Shown: positions 14,013-33,740 of the stretch, one piece after another
Layout: every line of letters begins with the position of its first letter
How positions within the stretch are numbered: the stretch's first letter is position 1
Assembly (NCBI RefSeq): GCF_040938485.1
Contig: NW_027271853.1
Location: forward strand, 806,001-870,000
DNA: 64,000 nt
Reading direction: 5' to 3'
DNA from: Diadema antillarum
Taxonomy: Eukaryota
Notes under the pieces: model-generated
The model's input: the letters and a program-made list of their open reading frames with translations, nothing else
What the model was told of the DNA's origin: nothing
Databases searched by the model: none
Position numbers and translations under genes: made by a program

Positions 14013-15524
14013 GCTATGATTTCCAATCCCAGTGTAATTCGTGACTGAACGAAGTGCGTTTTAGTTGACAGAGCTAAACATTCTTCTCGCCTTCCTGAAG
14101 ATCTACGTCCACGGAGTAGTTGTTGGAGCCATATTAACAAGAGAGGGCGCTCAATTCATTCCAAATCTTGTCCGGACCAACCATGCCAAGTGAAGTGACT
14201 TCGTAAAAGGAGTGTGAATGTGTGAATTCGTTGAGTACCGCAACCTCGTCATGTGAGTCGATACTTTCGTAACTGAATTGAAAGAAAAGAAGAGAAGGCA
14301 GTTTATCAATAAATTCATTCATTTTTTACGTCATGTGGATCGAAATATATTTTTAGATAATTTCCATCGCAGAAATTTAAATAATCTGTTTCGAATGCGT
14401 CAAACTGGTCAAATATCTTAACGGAGATTTAACGTTTTTCATCATAAAGCTTGTATTGAGCATTTTGTTTGAGGTTGATGTGGCGAGCTGGTTAAGGCTT
14501 GGAATATTGAATAAAGAAATTTCAGTCTGTTGATTAGATTTCTGTAGCAATTGTGTTTCTTGGCGATATGATTTATTTACTTCAAATGAAAATGAGCAAT
14601 AGGTTTGATTTTAAAATATCTCTGGGTAGAGGTCGCACCCAGTGGAAACGTTGGTGTGAAATGGTTTCCTTTCTAGATTTTTTTTTTTATAACTGCGAAT
14701 CTGTCGCTAAGATATTTGCTTGCTGAAAATCACGAGTTCACGTTTCATGCTCGAATCATTGCTATATAATTGGTATAGTGATATGAAATCTGCCATTCAT
14801 TTCTGAATACAGATAAAAGAGCATGTAAGACGTCAGTGCACCGCAAAATGACATCGTACAATGATTTAAAATATCTTCAAAATTTTTATGTCTTTGTTGA
14901 TTGTGCTCATTCCAGCCCCTTGTGTATTCAGCAACCTCAATGGAAGTATTCAATAGGACGATTCTACTTTAAAGAAACAGTATGGAAATGAGGGGTATTA
15001 TTTTTTCATGGTCTCGTAGTCTTGCCCCTTCCTCGTGTTTGTGAAATGAGGGCCATCCTGAACTCTGTTCCAGCAAGCAGTTTTTAATCATCTTTTCTAT
15101 CCCGATAGGGCTGTAGATAGTTTGTTTGCTATGTGTTATGGGGTCTCCCAGAACGGCTGTTCTTGCTGAGAGACAGTGACTGAAATACATGTATAGCAAT
15201 TACAAAAAGATGGACATCCTATACACACCGGATTAGTTTTAATGAGATTCAGTAAAATCAAAACAGTTCACTGAAAACAGATAACATAGAAAATGAATAT
15301 ACCACAATGCTGAAATAGAAAAAAAAACAATTTTTTAAATTCACCGCCAGTGATGGTTGGTTGATACAGTATGTGTGCAAAGACTGAAATGATGCACAAA
15401 TACAGGATATAATGCACTGTATGTGTAGGTTTCACTATCATTTTTTAATGATAACAGATTGCAATTAATTGTGCAAACTTTCACGTTCATGACGTATTTT
15501 GACCTGTCATTGTAACATGCTTTT

Positions 15525-15670
15525 ATGATGATAATGATGATGATGATGATAATGATGATAACGATGATGATGATGATGATGATGATGAAGATGATAATGG
15601 TGGTGATGGTGATGACAATGATTATGACGTTCATGGTTATCATTGTTATTAATTCTATCATTGTTATTAT
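15525..15670. repeat. (GAT)n degenerate trinucleotide microsatellite
   Basis: gatgatgat tract; source of the poly-Ile ORF 15341-15673. Confidence 0.9.
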
Positions 15671-17842
15671 CATTTTAATTGATTTATTATAACTATCGTG
15701 TTTACTTGATTCTTGTCATAAAGACACCTGAATTAATTTGTCACGACATTTAATACGTTGTCATGGCATCGAGCTGAAATGTGTATTTATTTCTTGAAAA
15801 CGTTCACTTTTTAAATTTCAAGTTCCTATCTGTGACATATGACGCTTTACACAAGACTGTAGACGAGGCTGAGAAGACGTGCAATTTTCACCCCTCCACC
15901 CACTTACTGAGTTTGATTTCGATATTTATTTCTTGTATAGACCTGTATAATTGTATCTAAGCACCTTCCGTTCGTATTCATATTGATGTCTGTCACGCGC
16001 ACACCTTCGCACTGTGAGAGACGATCCCTATGCTGTGTTCAACTCAATAATTTGTACTTCTTTCCCCACTTGTTTTGCGGTTTTTTGTTTGATTGTTTGT
16101 TGGTTTGTTTGTGTGTGTTTTTTTTTTCATTAACACCAAAAAAGGAAAGCTAGGTAATCTCCACTTTGATACAGTCAAACCTTTCTATGAACACCACTTT
16201 GGTGAAACAGAAAAGAAAAACTTCTTCAGGTGGATGCGTCTTTTTTTTTTTAGACAAGTTCATTTAACCCTTACAGGACTATACTGCCTCGAAATGTTGT
16301 TGTCGTTTTCTACGGACATTGCGCTGATGGTATTGACATGGTTAACGTGTAAAATGACCTAAAACTAAACATGTGACATTATTAGATACCTGGTGGTCTT
16401 TACAGAGAGACGGTCGATAGAACGGGATTGAGTGTATTTTCACTAATCTATACAGTCTGATGTGTCACATGTGGGGCAGAAATATCAGCAGTTAACCAGT
16501 TATGCGTATCCCCTCCCCCAATGAGAAAATCAGCATTTCATTCCACCCTGTTATAATGAATGGGTCTCAATCATGTGTAATAGCTTAGTTGCAATATACC
16601 TATGAGAGGTACATGCAATCGGGTGTTGGCAATCTAGACGTCAATGAAAAACATGCCTTACGTCATTTGACACGTTTGTGTCGCCTGACACGTTTGTTAT
16701 CACCTGACATTTCTAGACATATGATAGTCACGTGTGTTCATTTTACTACCATAGACTGTCTCGTGATAAGACGCGATGTTATACATTTCGTTAAGATCAT
16801 TGTTTGCGTAGACGGTAATCTTGCGCCTTTGCTGAAACCAAACCGAAAATTATTATTGCCTTGCTTTTATTTTCAGCTGTGCGCTATAGGTTCTGACCTG
16901 GCGAACGTGTGGATGTATGTGTATATGCACTGCGCTCGTCTCGTCTAATACATCCGGTGAAAAGGAAATTGTAAATACTGAAGGATTCTCTGCAGATGAA
17001 ACTATGCCTTTTGGGAAGAGAAATTCTTTGTCATATTTCTATAGTTTATGCGAGTTATCTTTATGTAGTTGTCGGTTTTAAAAAAGGAAGAAGAAGAAGA
17101 AGATAAGTGCCTGGCCTTAATGTGTGCAATGTTCGTAGTCAAGTTGAAATATGCGTCATGTTTATGTGCATCTTTTGTCAGATAAGAATATCATATTTAT
17201 CTTATTTTTCATTCTACAACTGCAGCAATTTTCAACGTGTAGTGTATTCCGTGTACAGACAGTTTTTTATCGCAAATTAAGAAATTATGAGAGCTGTATA
17301 TATATTGTGATAGATTGTATTGGAGGAATGCGGAAGCTTGACGTAAAGTTGATATAATTTTGTCCGTGTGTCGTTACTCTTCACAAATTGCCGGAGTAAA
17401 ATGTTTGATGAGTTAGCAGGCTATGCAGACGAAAGAATGTGCACAAGCTTTCATACTGCTTTTCATATTGATGACATGTATTTCATTGTAGCTATCACTG
17501 CGTAATAAAGTCCATTCTGATATCAGAACAATGTTACATTGTGTTTGTGTTATTTTGCCGTATCACATGCGTTTTATGTCCTTTCAATGCAACCGCATGC
17601 TGCCACTTCCGTTTTGAGTGGTGAGTCATTTCTATCTAGTATATCATATTTTACCCATTAAAATATTACTGCTCAAATACCGTATACTATGGAATAGCGA
17701 TCTTTACTTCTATGAAATGTTGGACGGCTGGCATAAACTGTAGGTTATACGCTCACTGTCCTTGGAGGATTACTGTATGAAACTGCGATTGAAATTCTAG
17801 GTGTACGGGTGTGATAAATTTACTCATCTTAGCCTAAAGTGA

Positions 17843-17990
17843 CGATGATGATGATGATGATGATGATGATGACGACGACCACTAATGATGATGACGACGA
17901 CGATGATGACGATGACGATGACGACGACGACGATAATGACGATGATGATTATGATAATTTGAATTCCTAAATTAATGATTATGATGATAC
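17843..17990. repeat. (GAT/GAC)n trinucleotide microsatellite
   Basis: Alternating gat/gac runs. Confidence 0.9.
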
Positions 17991-18868
17991 ATGTATAGTA
18001 GGCCTAATAATAAAGGCCTCCATCACCACCCTCAAAATCCTCGCCACTGTCACCATCACCATTATCTTCACTGTCATCACCATTAATATAATTGGGCGGA
18101 AAAAGTCAATTTAGTTGGTCTGTAGTGCCTTCGTGAAACATCCTTCTGAAGCCCAGGATGGAGCTGCCAATGTCCAACATTAAAGGCATAACTTACCATT
18201 TGCAGATGAAACAAAAACCATGCATTAGTGCTTCAAAATAGTTCTAAAATGTGAGGTAGGGCTAGAAACAACCACTGTAAAAATTGGTATCCGTATAATC
18301 GATGTAAAGTTTTGTTAAGTACACAAAATGTGAACAATAGTTATAATAAAAATGTTTCAAGGCTAAACCGTCTACAGTTACGGTTATTGAGAAAAACACT
18401 GATATCTTCTCATATTTCAGGTTTTATTGCGAAAATTTTATATGGTAGGATGTTTTGTGATACAACAGACCTACACATAAGCATCAAATGTGATATCTTG
18501 AACATGTTTGAAATCACTGCTCCCAAAGGTAAACTGGACCTTTAAGCACGTAATAACACAAACTAAAAGGCTCTTACATTGCGTTATACATGGGCATCTG
18601 AACAACCACGCAGAAAGCCGGGGAGAAAGGGAAATGGAAAACGGATCAAGAGTGCTGACAGTATGTTTCAGTACAACATGAGAAAATAATTATGTGAGTT
18701 CATTCGTGTATGCGTCCATGCGAGCGTGTTTTCATCCGCCGTTGTGAAGTAGATGTAAGCGCATGCGATAATTGCGGATTAATGAATTTATAATCATGAT
18801 AGTACTCTCATATTCTGGCTCACGTTATGAAAATAATGGAGTACTCGTTTGATTTCTGCAAAATAAAA

Positions 18869-18874
<6 letters not shown>

Positions 18875-18912
<38 letters not shown>
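18875..18912. repeat. (TA)n microsatellite
   Basis: Perfect TA run. Similar TA/GT runs occur at 32141-32193, 32376-32441, 32514-32576, 34096-34170, 43625-43945 and 56546-56598. Confidence 0.9.
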
Positions 18913-18916
<4 letters not shown>

Positions 18917-19556
18917 GGACAAACTTGTCATTTATCAAAATAACTGAGATGGGAGCGGATATCGAGCGAGGGAATAACAATGAAAACGCGCAAATAGAAC
19001 GGAAAAAAAGAAAAAAAAAACTATTTGGTTGGATTAGATGACCGACATAACAGAATATGAAGTAGAGACGCATGTGTCTAAATGATATCGTCAACATTAA
19101 ACATCACTGATAAAATGATAATGATATTGTGTCTTAATGTGTACCTTAATGTCCCATGACTATTTTATGACGTTTAATAGCGTCATAACAGTCACATGTG
19201 AAACCAGTCTAAAAAAAAAAGAGTGCATGGCCTATGTGTTACAATTTCAGAGTGTACCTTTGTGCATACAGTTCGAGGGTTTGGCGGTGCTGGCCTTTGC
19301 TATTTGTTCAGTGAAGTGTAGCATCTCTTCCGTCTATGTCAATACCAGGCACGCTGTAAATGTCAGGTGACAGATTGCATGTGACTTGCGGTTGGTGTTC
19401 TGTCTACTAGTGCGTGGAATATATTCTTTTGAAAGCCTCATTGTCAACCTGGCAGCGCACCACATCAGACATTCTACACAAGATCAATACTCGCATACAC
19501 GGTGAAATTTGTGCTAGCTGTCATAACGAGTTGGGTTGCACCGTAGTATATACAGG

Positions 19557-24472
<4,916 letters not shown>

Positions 24473-25908
24473 TCCCCAAATGGGTACATCCGGGCTTTTT
24501 CACAGAAGGGACTACCTCAAGCCATGGAGCTACAACGTTATAAGTCCTTGTTGACCACCAGTGCAGATAAAAGTCTTTCCAAAGCTACAGAAAGACAGAT
24601 TTAAGATTCTATTGCATTTAACGAAAAAGAATGAAAGAAAAGAAGGTGGTAGCATAATGCTTTTACTGACCGCATTGTGCTTGTTGATTGATAGTGAAAT
24701 ATTTTCCTCTCACCTTGAAATTTTGACGAAATAATAATTGTCGAATATGAAAGTAGATGTTGTCCTACATCATGATTCAAAGCAGTCCTAAGAAAAAGAG
24801 ATCAGAAAGAGTGTTTGGAACAAAAATGTCTGAATAGACCCTACTTTTATAACACAGCTAGATTTCCTGATAACTTCAAAAGAAAAATGATTGGATTTCC
24901 TCTTTGATTTGTTTCTGTCACTCTGTTGACATCCTCTCATTCAAACAGAATCCCTGAGGTATTATCTCCTCAACTGTTGTGCAGCTGATAATTGCTGTGC
25001 CAGTGACCTGAAATATATTATATATTATCATATCGTTAATATGGTCATTTATCATTGACCATTATACTCAAATTCCAGTATATAACGTACGTTTTTAGTC
25101 ATTTGTATAATGTGTGTGCTCCAACTCTTATAGATGTGCTGATTTTTTTATGTTGATAGATTATCTCTTTAGTTGTTTTTAAAGCAATGTAGCTGTCATT
25201 CAATCCCTCGCCTTCTACTGAGTGATCCTTATTCGCAAAGCAAAGAATAAGATGTCATGATCATGTATAGCATATATTGAGATTAAAGATGTTTACCATT
25301 GTTTGCCAGGGCCAAAAAGTACACGATTGTGTTCGTAACATGCCTCCTATATATCACTGACTGTGAAAAGAAAAAAAAACAACAATACACTGCAGCCGCC
25401 ACAACAGGTTTTATATGTACCAAACGAACACAATCTGCAAAGCCTCATAAAAGTAAATGTTTCAGAGGTCACAACACCTAAACTTTGTCTTAGTTTCCTA
25501 TCTTCCTAAATTCTGTGTTCTTGAATCTATGCATTTTTTTTTTGTTATTCCTACTGTAAATGATATTTTACGATTGAATAAAATGAGTACTTGATTAAAA
25601 AAACTCATCTGTTTTACGCTTTAAATGGTGTCCTTTGTCGATTTTCTGCGTACGATGAAAATGATCTTTTGCTCGAAACAGCGTTATGCCGAGACATAGC
25701 ATATTACTTAAAATGTGTCTTTAAATAGGTTCTTAGCATTTGAACACAAATCTTCGCTACATTTCCATTTCGAATATATTCCATAACGCGAAGTCATTTT
25801 GCTCTCATTCAGCTCAAGAGTTGCAGTGATTAAGCAAGTGTTGAATTTACACGATAAGCTACAGCTGCCCAGATGTTCACAAAATTATATTTCTGTTGAT
25901 TTATTTAC

Positions 25909-26511
25909 AGGGGATATCCACTCCCAAAACAAGTTAGTCTGATAAAAATAATAAATTGTTACGAATTCAGTACTGTAGTAAAAATTTGACTGAACTCTGA
26001 TGAAAAATAAGGAAGTTATAAAATTTTGAAATTTTGCTTATTTCTGCCAAACAGTTCTTGTACAGTGGATATGAATATGCAAATGAGTGAGCTGACCATG
26101 TCATAACCGCACAATTTTCCATTGATCGTGTACAAAAATGACGAAAATTCAATGTTTCTGTCATTGAAGTCTAAAACATGATGTTATTCCTGTTGAATAA
26201 CTTTAGAATAGTGATCAGTTAGATATATCAGGATATGAGCCTCCGGCATATTTGCATTTAAACGAAAAACTTGAAATTTCAAAATTTTATGTACAAAATA
26301 AACTGCAATTTGTGAGGGTATAACATGCTCACTTTGCCATTTGCATATTCACATTGACCGTTCAAGAACTGTTTCCTGAAAAATTAGCGAAAATTAAAAA
26401 TGTCATAACTTCCTTATTTTTCGACCGATTTCAATCAAAATTTTACTGTTGAACTCGTAATATTTTACTCTTTCATATCAGACTAACTTACATTTGGACT
26501 GGATTTCCCCT
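25909..26511. mobile_element. Kolobok-like non-autonomous DNA transposon, family 3
   Basis: TTAC|AGGGGATATCCA..GTTAGTCTGATA at the left; TATCAGACTAAC..TGGATTTCCCCT|TTAA at the right. Imperfect TIRs and a degenerate TTAA. Confidence 0.65.
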
Positions 26512-28147
26512 TTAAGAACCAATTATGATTTGGACAGCATAATGAATCCTCACCTGCTTATCATTACAATTGCTGATGCTGCAATAACACATACAGAAGT
26601 GAAATTTTGTCAACTTTTGATGTTCCACAGCTTCATCAGTTTTGTTTGAATGAAATAGCTGTTCATAGTGTCGAGTGATGTTATAATCAGTTGCCGACTA
26701 GTCCCTACATTGCAAATATTTCCCTATCGTCGAAAGGTGGCGCACCCTTCGGGCGGTTTCAACGATTGCACGAGGGGTCAAAGGTTAGCGGTTCCCTGAA
26801 GGAAGAATGGATGGGAGATAAAGGAGACACACTCTGTTATTCCTTGTGATTTATCAGAGCGTTTGTAGATTTGTTGGAAGCAGGAAACTAGCAAAGATCA
26901 TTCGTACTTGTGTGTTTTGGACAGAAGCGGATGAGGATTTGATAAACAATTAAAAAAGAAAAGCAGTGGAAATCTTGTTTATGCATTTCATCAATTCAAG
27001 GTGACATTCAACGACAAAAACATGTCACTTTGTCATGTTTGCAATGGACAAACGTTGCGTGAAATGTGAGTGACTATCGAGCTTTCGATGTAGCGACAAA
27101 CTCTGAGAATTTTTGTGGCTGCGATTAAGACCTATAGTATCACAGATCATTCACTTCGAGGAAATGACGTGCATAGCTAGCAAAGTAATTCTTGCCTTCA
27201 CCCTCTGTATGCGACATTCCTGTCCATGCACAAATGTGTGTAAGATTTTTGCACATTTGACTCATTGGCGCAGAAAAGGTTAATTGTTTTGTTGGCTTAT
27301 CATCGACAATAATGTACGGTTAAACACATTCCCACACATCTGTACAAAATAAATCTTCCAAGGATGGTAATTCAAAACGCATTTTGTAATGCTTATCTTA
27401 TGCTTGTCTTATTTCCGATTTGGCATGTTGGAGGCGTTGAAGCGGCACGAGTGCAGATGAAACAATATTGTGTTGACGAGAGGATTAACGTTTTGTTAAT
27501 GGAAGTATAATAGATGAGATCCCTCAAAGAGCTTTCTAGCTCTGTGATGAGGTTCTATCATCAAAAGTTGAAATAGAAGAAAATTGTTATGTATAGGAAA
27601 AACACGCATATTCTCCGCCTCTAATATATTTAAATCGAAGAAGGATACAGCTCGAAGCAAAGTTCCATACGGTTATGACGTTTAACAGCAAAGAAAAAAA
27701 AATCGGAGATGCTTGGTGCAACGTGGCAAGATAAAGTTTTGTGACCTTTATCCATCAACTACTGAGTGTGACGCGTGTTTGTACAGTCACAGCCGCTTGA
27801 TCGGGACTCGGACGACGGAATCAACACTTTAATATCAGCACAAGATCACAGCAACATTTCCAACTTGTGTTGAATTTACATAGAACAAGAGAGCAATAGA
27901 ACGGAACTTTATTTTCACCTATACTATTCGAACAACACTAGACACTTTGCACAGAATTCTTTTAACTGAGGGGAGAAAATTCAAATGAAATATAAAAATC
28001 CTAAGTCAATAAACGAGGCGGTTATATTGCTGTAACATGCAAGTTGAGGCAGTGTATAGCATATCATATTTTGCGACGCCACTTTTGACTCGTCATCAGT
28101 CCACAGTCCAACTGAAGTAAAGATACACATCGGTAGATAAACCCCTG

Positions 28148-29607
28148 GGCCCGTATTCTGCTAAAAACTTAGACCCGAGTTTAAACCCACGCCTGGGTCT
28201 AAAGTGGGTTTTGGGGGTTTAAACCTGAGTTTAAACCACCAGTTTAGACCCAGGTTTAAACCCAGGTTTAATTTGTATTCTACTAAGTCCAGCTGTGGTC
28301 TAAATTGGGTTTAAATTAAACCTACCCTGGAGGAGGTTTATTTCGAGTTTAAATCGAGTCTAACGATGACTGGTAAGGGTACCAGCACACGGATCAATGC
28401 CAATGGCACAATACGAGTGGCTGGCTGGATACAGCAGCTAGCTTGCCGGCCACACGCGAGTACACACGAGATACGCCTACCTCGTACTACATACTAGATC
28501 TAGGCCTATAGTTTGTAGCAATTTGTACACTTAGAAGAGACTCGAGATCTAAATGGTAGCAATACTACTACCTAGTACTACCTGTACTAATACGTTAGTC
28601 TAGATAAGCTTTACGATGAAAATAACCTGAAGACTAGACCAAGAACTCAATGTAGGACTAGAGGGTAGAGCCTGAGGTCGATTTGGCATAGAACCTAGTT
28701 TCTAACTGTTAGATCGAGAACCTAGATCGATCGTAGGACTAACGTTAGGACTAGTTAGTAGGAGTAGGGTCCTACTAACGTTAGTAGAACCTATTCGAAT
28801 AGCTAGAGTACATTATTGTAACGTTAGGACTAACGTTAGATCTATTAAAAGTTAGGTTAGTGTGGTACGGTAGGTAAAATCTAACGTTACTTCTAATATC
28901 GAGACAGGGTTGATAGTAGATCTAGATCTATTTCTAAATTTTAGAATGGTTTCCATTTTTATTAACTGACAATCTTAAGAGAAAAGCTTTTATTCAATTT
29001 CCTACCTCAAAGTCCTGGTTTGATCAATTGCCAGTCCATTCCGAATTCACGATTCAATCGACATAAAAAGCCATGTCCCATCCAGCGCACACAGCAACCG
29101 TGCCGCCGGCCGGAGTGGCGCGATGGATCTGCTGGTACTGAGCATTCAAAGCTAGCTAGCCAAAAATATGATAGCGCTACGCTATTAGACGCTTACCATG
29201 TATCCTGTACATGATGTGCGTCGCACACGTACACAAACTGTACAGTATAATCACAGTGCTTCACGAGTCGTCGCAAGCAAAAATACACCATGCCCTTATT
29301 CGACATAAATACCCGTAAAAACTATTCAAAATCCAAGAAAGTCACGCTCATGTGGCTGATACACTGCCAATAATAAATTTAAGTGGATTTGTGGAGAGAA
29401 AAGTACTCAGAGAGGGAGAATTTCTTCTTCCATAGAGGGTACCATGGTGGCTTGACCCAAGACTATTTCGGGTTTAATTTAAACCCGAAATAGACTTGGG
29501 TTTAACTAAACCTCGCTAGCAGAATACAAAATTAAACCTCGGGTCTAGCTAAACCATAGGTGAGTCTAAAATGGGTTTAAACCTTGGTCTACAGTAGAAT
29601 ACTGGGG
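28148..29607. mobile_element. PIF/Harbinger-like non-autonomous element, 1460 bp, CTG target-site duplication
   Basis: CTG|GGCCCGTATTCT ... AGAATACTGGGG|CTG, imperfect TIRs, clustered subterminal GGGTTTAAAC/GGGTCTAAA motifs at both ends, and an uninterrupted paralogous empty site at 41686-41718. No transposase ORF. Confidence 0.8.
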
Positions 29608-31332
29608 CTGTAGTCTATACCCTTGATGATAGCAAGCTCGAAAAAATAAGCCGTGGATGAGAAAAACAATCGTTGTCACAATTATCAGTCACGTACCTTG
29701 TGTGCACAGGTGTACTTTCTCCCACAAGAACATGGACTTACTAGTGTGATGATGTAACTTCGACTCCTTGAACGTCAAAGTCACCTTGAAAATAACATAT
29801 TTGTCATCACTATTATGATGTCTGTAAGCTGGTTGTAATATCATCTGATAATCATGCCCAAGGAAAAGCCACTCATCAATATGCACTGAACTGAATTCAA
29901 TCATCAATGCATATTTGAATCTCTTCAAGGAGCGCATGGCCCATGGGAGTGCTGTAGGGCCAGGCCGACTCGTTTTATGACATTCAGCTTCATGGGAACG
30001 CTCGAACCTGGCTTTTCAAAAATCCCTTACTTATTTTCTAAAATACAACGTTAATCACTGTTCATAGATGTCGTTTTGTCTTCCTTCTGCTATTAAACAC
30101 GTCTTTTTCTTAATTTCAGGTTGAAAGAGCACATCTCTGGTGCTTTAATCTCCAGACATGTATGAATTTTAGTTTTAAGCAGTTTAAGGCTACGCATCAT
30201 TCAGAATGCAACATTTCCTTTACTTAAACGTAAATCACCAATCATTGATTGCATATTTTGGAGGAGATTGTCTGTTCGAAACGGGTTAATAAATGCTGGA
30301 ATCGCATCGTTTGCATCCTTTTTATGTGTTAAATTATAATTATAACACTATATCTCATATTTTACATTTTCTACTGACACACTGTAATATATCACTCTCA
30401 ATATTCGAGTAAACAAAATTATCAGTGTGTAAATGCAAGGAGGTTCAAGACATGAAGTCAGAATAGCAGTATTTCGTTTGAGCCCACACATGTGTGATGC
30501 CGCCACTAAAATATGTTTGAAGTGGTGATGTATGTGCCAAAAGTGGATCTGTCCCATAGATAGGTAGACAACGTATTCATGTCTCAGTGCGTAATGACTG
30601 TATAGCTACTCTCTAAAGAAGATGCGTCTTTGTGACGATAATTACTTCTCGATGTTCCTACTTCACAATATCAAGAACGAGCGGTGCATAATATGAAGGA
30701 TCGGGGATGCGCCGAAAGATTCATGAAATGAAAATCCAAATGACTCGACTGTACATGTCTGGACACCTATCCGACACGTTAATTTACAAAGATTCATTCA
30801 TGTCTATATATAACAGACATGAATGATATATGCAATGTAGCATTAACAGTTTAATAATCTCTCATAAAGCCTTTAAAAAAGACAAAGCGTCAACTTTAAC
30901 TTCAAGTGACATAGTAAATAACGAAACAAAGTTGATTAAATGGACAGAATTTTCTTTTTTCATTCTTTAGATTTAGGAATTCAAGAGTTCTTGAGACAAA
31001 TGAAAAAAAATATTGCTTTTAATTTCCCTAATTTGAAATAACAATTAGAATTTCTACTTTCTTTTTTCTATTGCTCCTTCGTAATGTCATTGGAATTTGT
31101 GTTTTACAGAAGATTCTTCACTCTCCTCCATTAGTTTTAGAATTTCTTAATTTTTGTGCTGCAAAGATAGAGATCATAAGTTTATTTTCGCCTATCAATT
31201 CATGTCACTTATTGTGATAAATTTGTAATTTGTTCTTGTTGTTATATGGAAGAGCACTTTATGCGCATGAATGACAATTTATTCATTTTTGCAATATTTA
31301 CCTCTGTGTCTTGGAAAAGAGAAATGAAGGTA

Positions 31333-31578
31333 TGAAGAGTTTGTTCGCAAAAACCGATAAGTCCATATTTGCCAAATGGAGATATTTGCGATTAAAGGTC
31401 AAGAAAAGTAAATAGAATAAGACATTTTCTGCTTCTTTTGACCATAACTTCATAAATGTACCTTTATATGTAGTGACCAATATATTATTTAAAAGGTATC
31501 ATTTTGTACTTAATGACAGAGACCGTACTTCAAAATCTTCAAAAATGGACTTATCGGTTTTTGCGAGCAAACTCTTTG
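31333..31578. mobile_element. MITE with ~35-bp TIRs, TA-flanked (Tc1/mariner-like)
   Basis: AAGAGTTTGTTCGCAAAAACCGATAAGTCCAT at 31335 and its near-perfect reverse complement ending about 31577; TA on both flanks. Confidence 0.7.
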
Positions 31579-32137
31579 TATTCACCCATGCATGCGCGAA
31601 GTTTCTCTTGTCATTGACCTACCAGCTTCAGAGCCATTATTACGTCTAAGGTGACATTTAAAACATTACTTTTTAGCCAAATATTTTATGAGAAATATGA
31701 AGTTGAAAAAGTGTTTACTTTCTGTTTTTGCTCAGTGTATGTATATTGATTTGATTTGCTTTGATGTGATTTGATTTGATTGATTTATTCTCTGTCAAGA
31801 ACGTCTGTATGGCATCATTAAAAATTCCTTTTTTAGTATCATAATAAAACATTGTATGTACATATATGATGCTACACACTGTAGCTAGTGTCTGCAATTT
31901 AAACAATTATCATTACACATACATTTTGTGACATGAATTATCACAGAACGGTTGCCTAAAATAACGAAAAACTTGACCCTTTCGCAACCGATGATGCATG
32001 ATGATAATGCAATGAAAGTAGGGGGAGGGGGTGTCAAGCATGATGCTAGTGGAAAAGACGTATAAGGAAAGAGAGACCTGGCCTTTGTAATAATAAATAT
32101 GTTTGTGTATATGATTATGTATACTATATACGTTACC

Positions 32138-32196
<59 letters not shown>

Positions 32197-32375
32197 TAAA
32201 CGAATCAGTAGAAAAAGAACGCCGTAAAAAATAATAATAAATCCTAGATCTTGAAGATCTTAAAAACGGAGCATAGCTCTCAAATACTGAAAGGCAAGGT
32301 CACACTCTTCATCAGTGCCCATGGTGTGACAAAAGATCTTAATCAAACCCGTTTCTGAAACAGACATGAAAACAC

Positions 32376-32425
<50 letters not shown>

Positions 32426-32508
32426 TATATATATATATATATGTAAACTGGTAACGTATTTTTTGCCACGCCTTCAGGAGTCTTGGAGTGTGTTTGCTTT
32501 TTATTTCT

Positions 32509-32562
<54 letters not shown>

Positions 32563-33740
32563 TGTATGTGTGTGTGCACGCTATTGGATTGGCACCCTTT
32601 ACTGTACATTCCTTTTCAAGAATTCACTTTATAAAACATGACAGTTCACTGCCAAACGGTGAACATTATCACGTGACGCCAAAGCGACCAATCACAAATC
32701 GACCTGTCACGACAATATACCGAACGGACCAACGAGCCAAAACATATTCAAATCAATCAATCTTTCACTCATCACGATTGCGAGGATTCCGTCTGCGGAA
32801 TAACAAAAGACAAAGACTTCATTGTGTATTACTTGCCTTGTGCTGTTTATTTTGTTTTACAATACCATTAATTCTCTTTGTGATGATTATATGGCTTGGT
32901 ACATCATATTGCGTTGTATCTATGGGTCAAATCTTTGTCTTTATTTGTCAACATGGAATTGACCAGTAAGAAACGACACACATCAGTTGGACAACCTAGT
33001 TGAGTCGCCTTATATAATTCTATGACAGGTGGATTCTATAGTTTGTCAACGAATGCATATACATTGGTACTTGTGTCACTACGCGGAGTTTCTTATGAGG
33101 TTCTATTTCGTGTTCATTTCGTAATGGGTTTTAATCTAATGCTATACGTTTACACCATGTTCCCGGCGGCCACGGCAACCTCGTTTGCCCGAAACGTTAT
33201 TAATGCGCTGTGGGTAGGACTCTGGTGCTAGGTGGTACATTCTCCTTTATTTTCTCACTCCTTATTCTAATTTTGTTACGCGGGTATCCTCGCTCCGGTG
33301 AACATGTGTGGCAATCAGACGCCATTCTCACGGCGTCTGGTCAGACTAGTCTACACATATCAAATTTCCCGTAGCGTCCTACTATGGACTTCCTGCAAGT
33401 TTTGTTGCGGCCTATTATGTGCCGTCACGTTATGTTGAGTTCACCCCGTGTTACTGCGATCTGCCAAGTTTCTCGTGACTGCTGTGGCCTCTTCTTTTTT
33501 CGAACAGTTTAAAAATCTGATACGGCTAGACGGCAAACACTGCCTGTCACGTTTGTCCATCCCGTCCCGTATCCCATCCCCCTCCCCCTCCTCCCCACGT
33601 ACACTCACATCCATCCCGTTTTATCCCTGGTGGCCTGCAACGGGATAGCCGCCATGGCCGCAGGGAAAATAGCGTAAAATAAGCATACTATAGAGTAAGC
33701 TACTGCTCGAACAAGGCGTCAATGTGTCGTCCTTATAGAT

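Noticed and set aside
15341-15673. Poly-Ile ORF, and Tyr/Ile or Cys/Val ORFs at 18825, 32343, 32412, 34097 and 43730-44223
   Set aside because: They are microsatellite translations.
33300-33350. Hairpin CAGACGCC..GGCGTCTG ending in CAGACTA (possible Academ-like terminus)
   Set aside because: No matching second end or target duplication was found.
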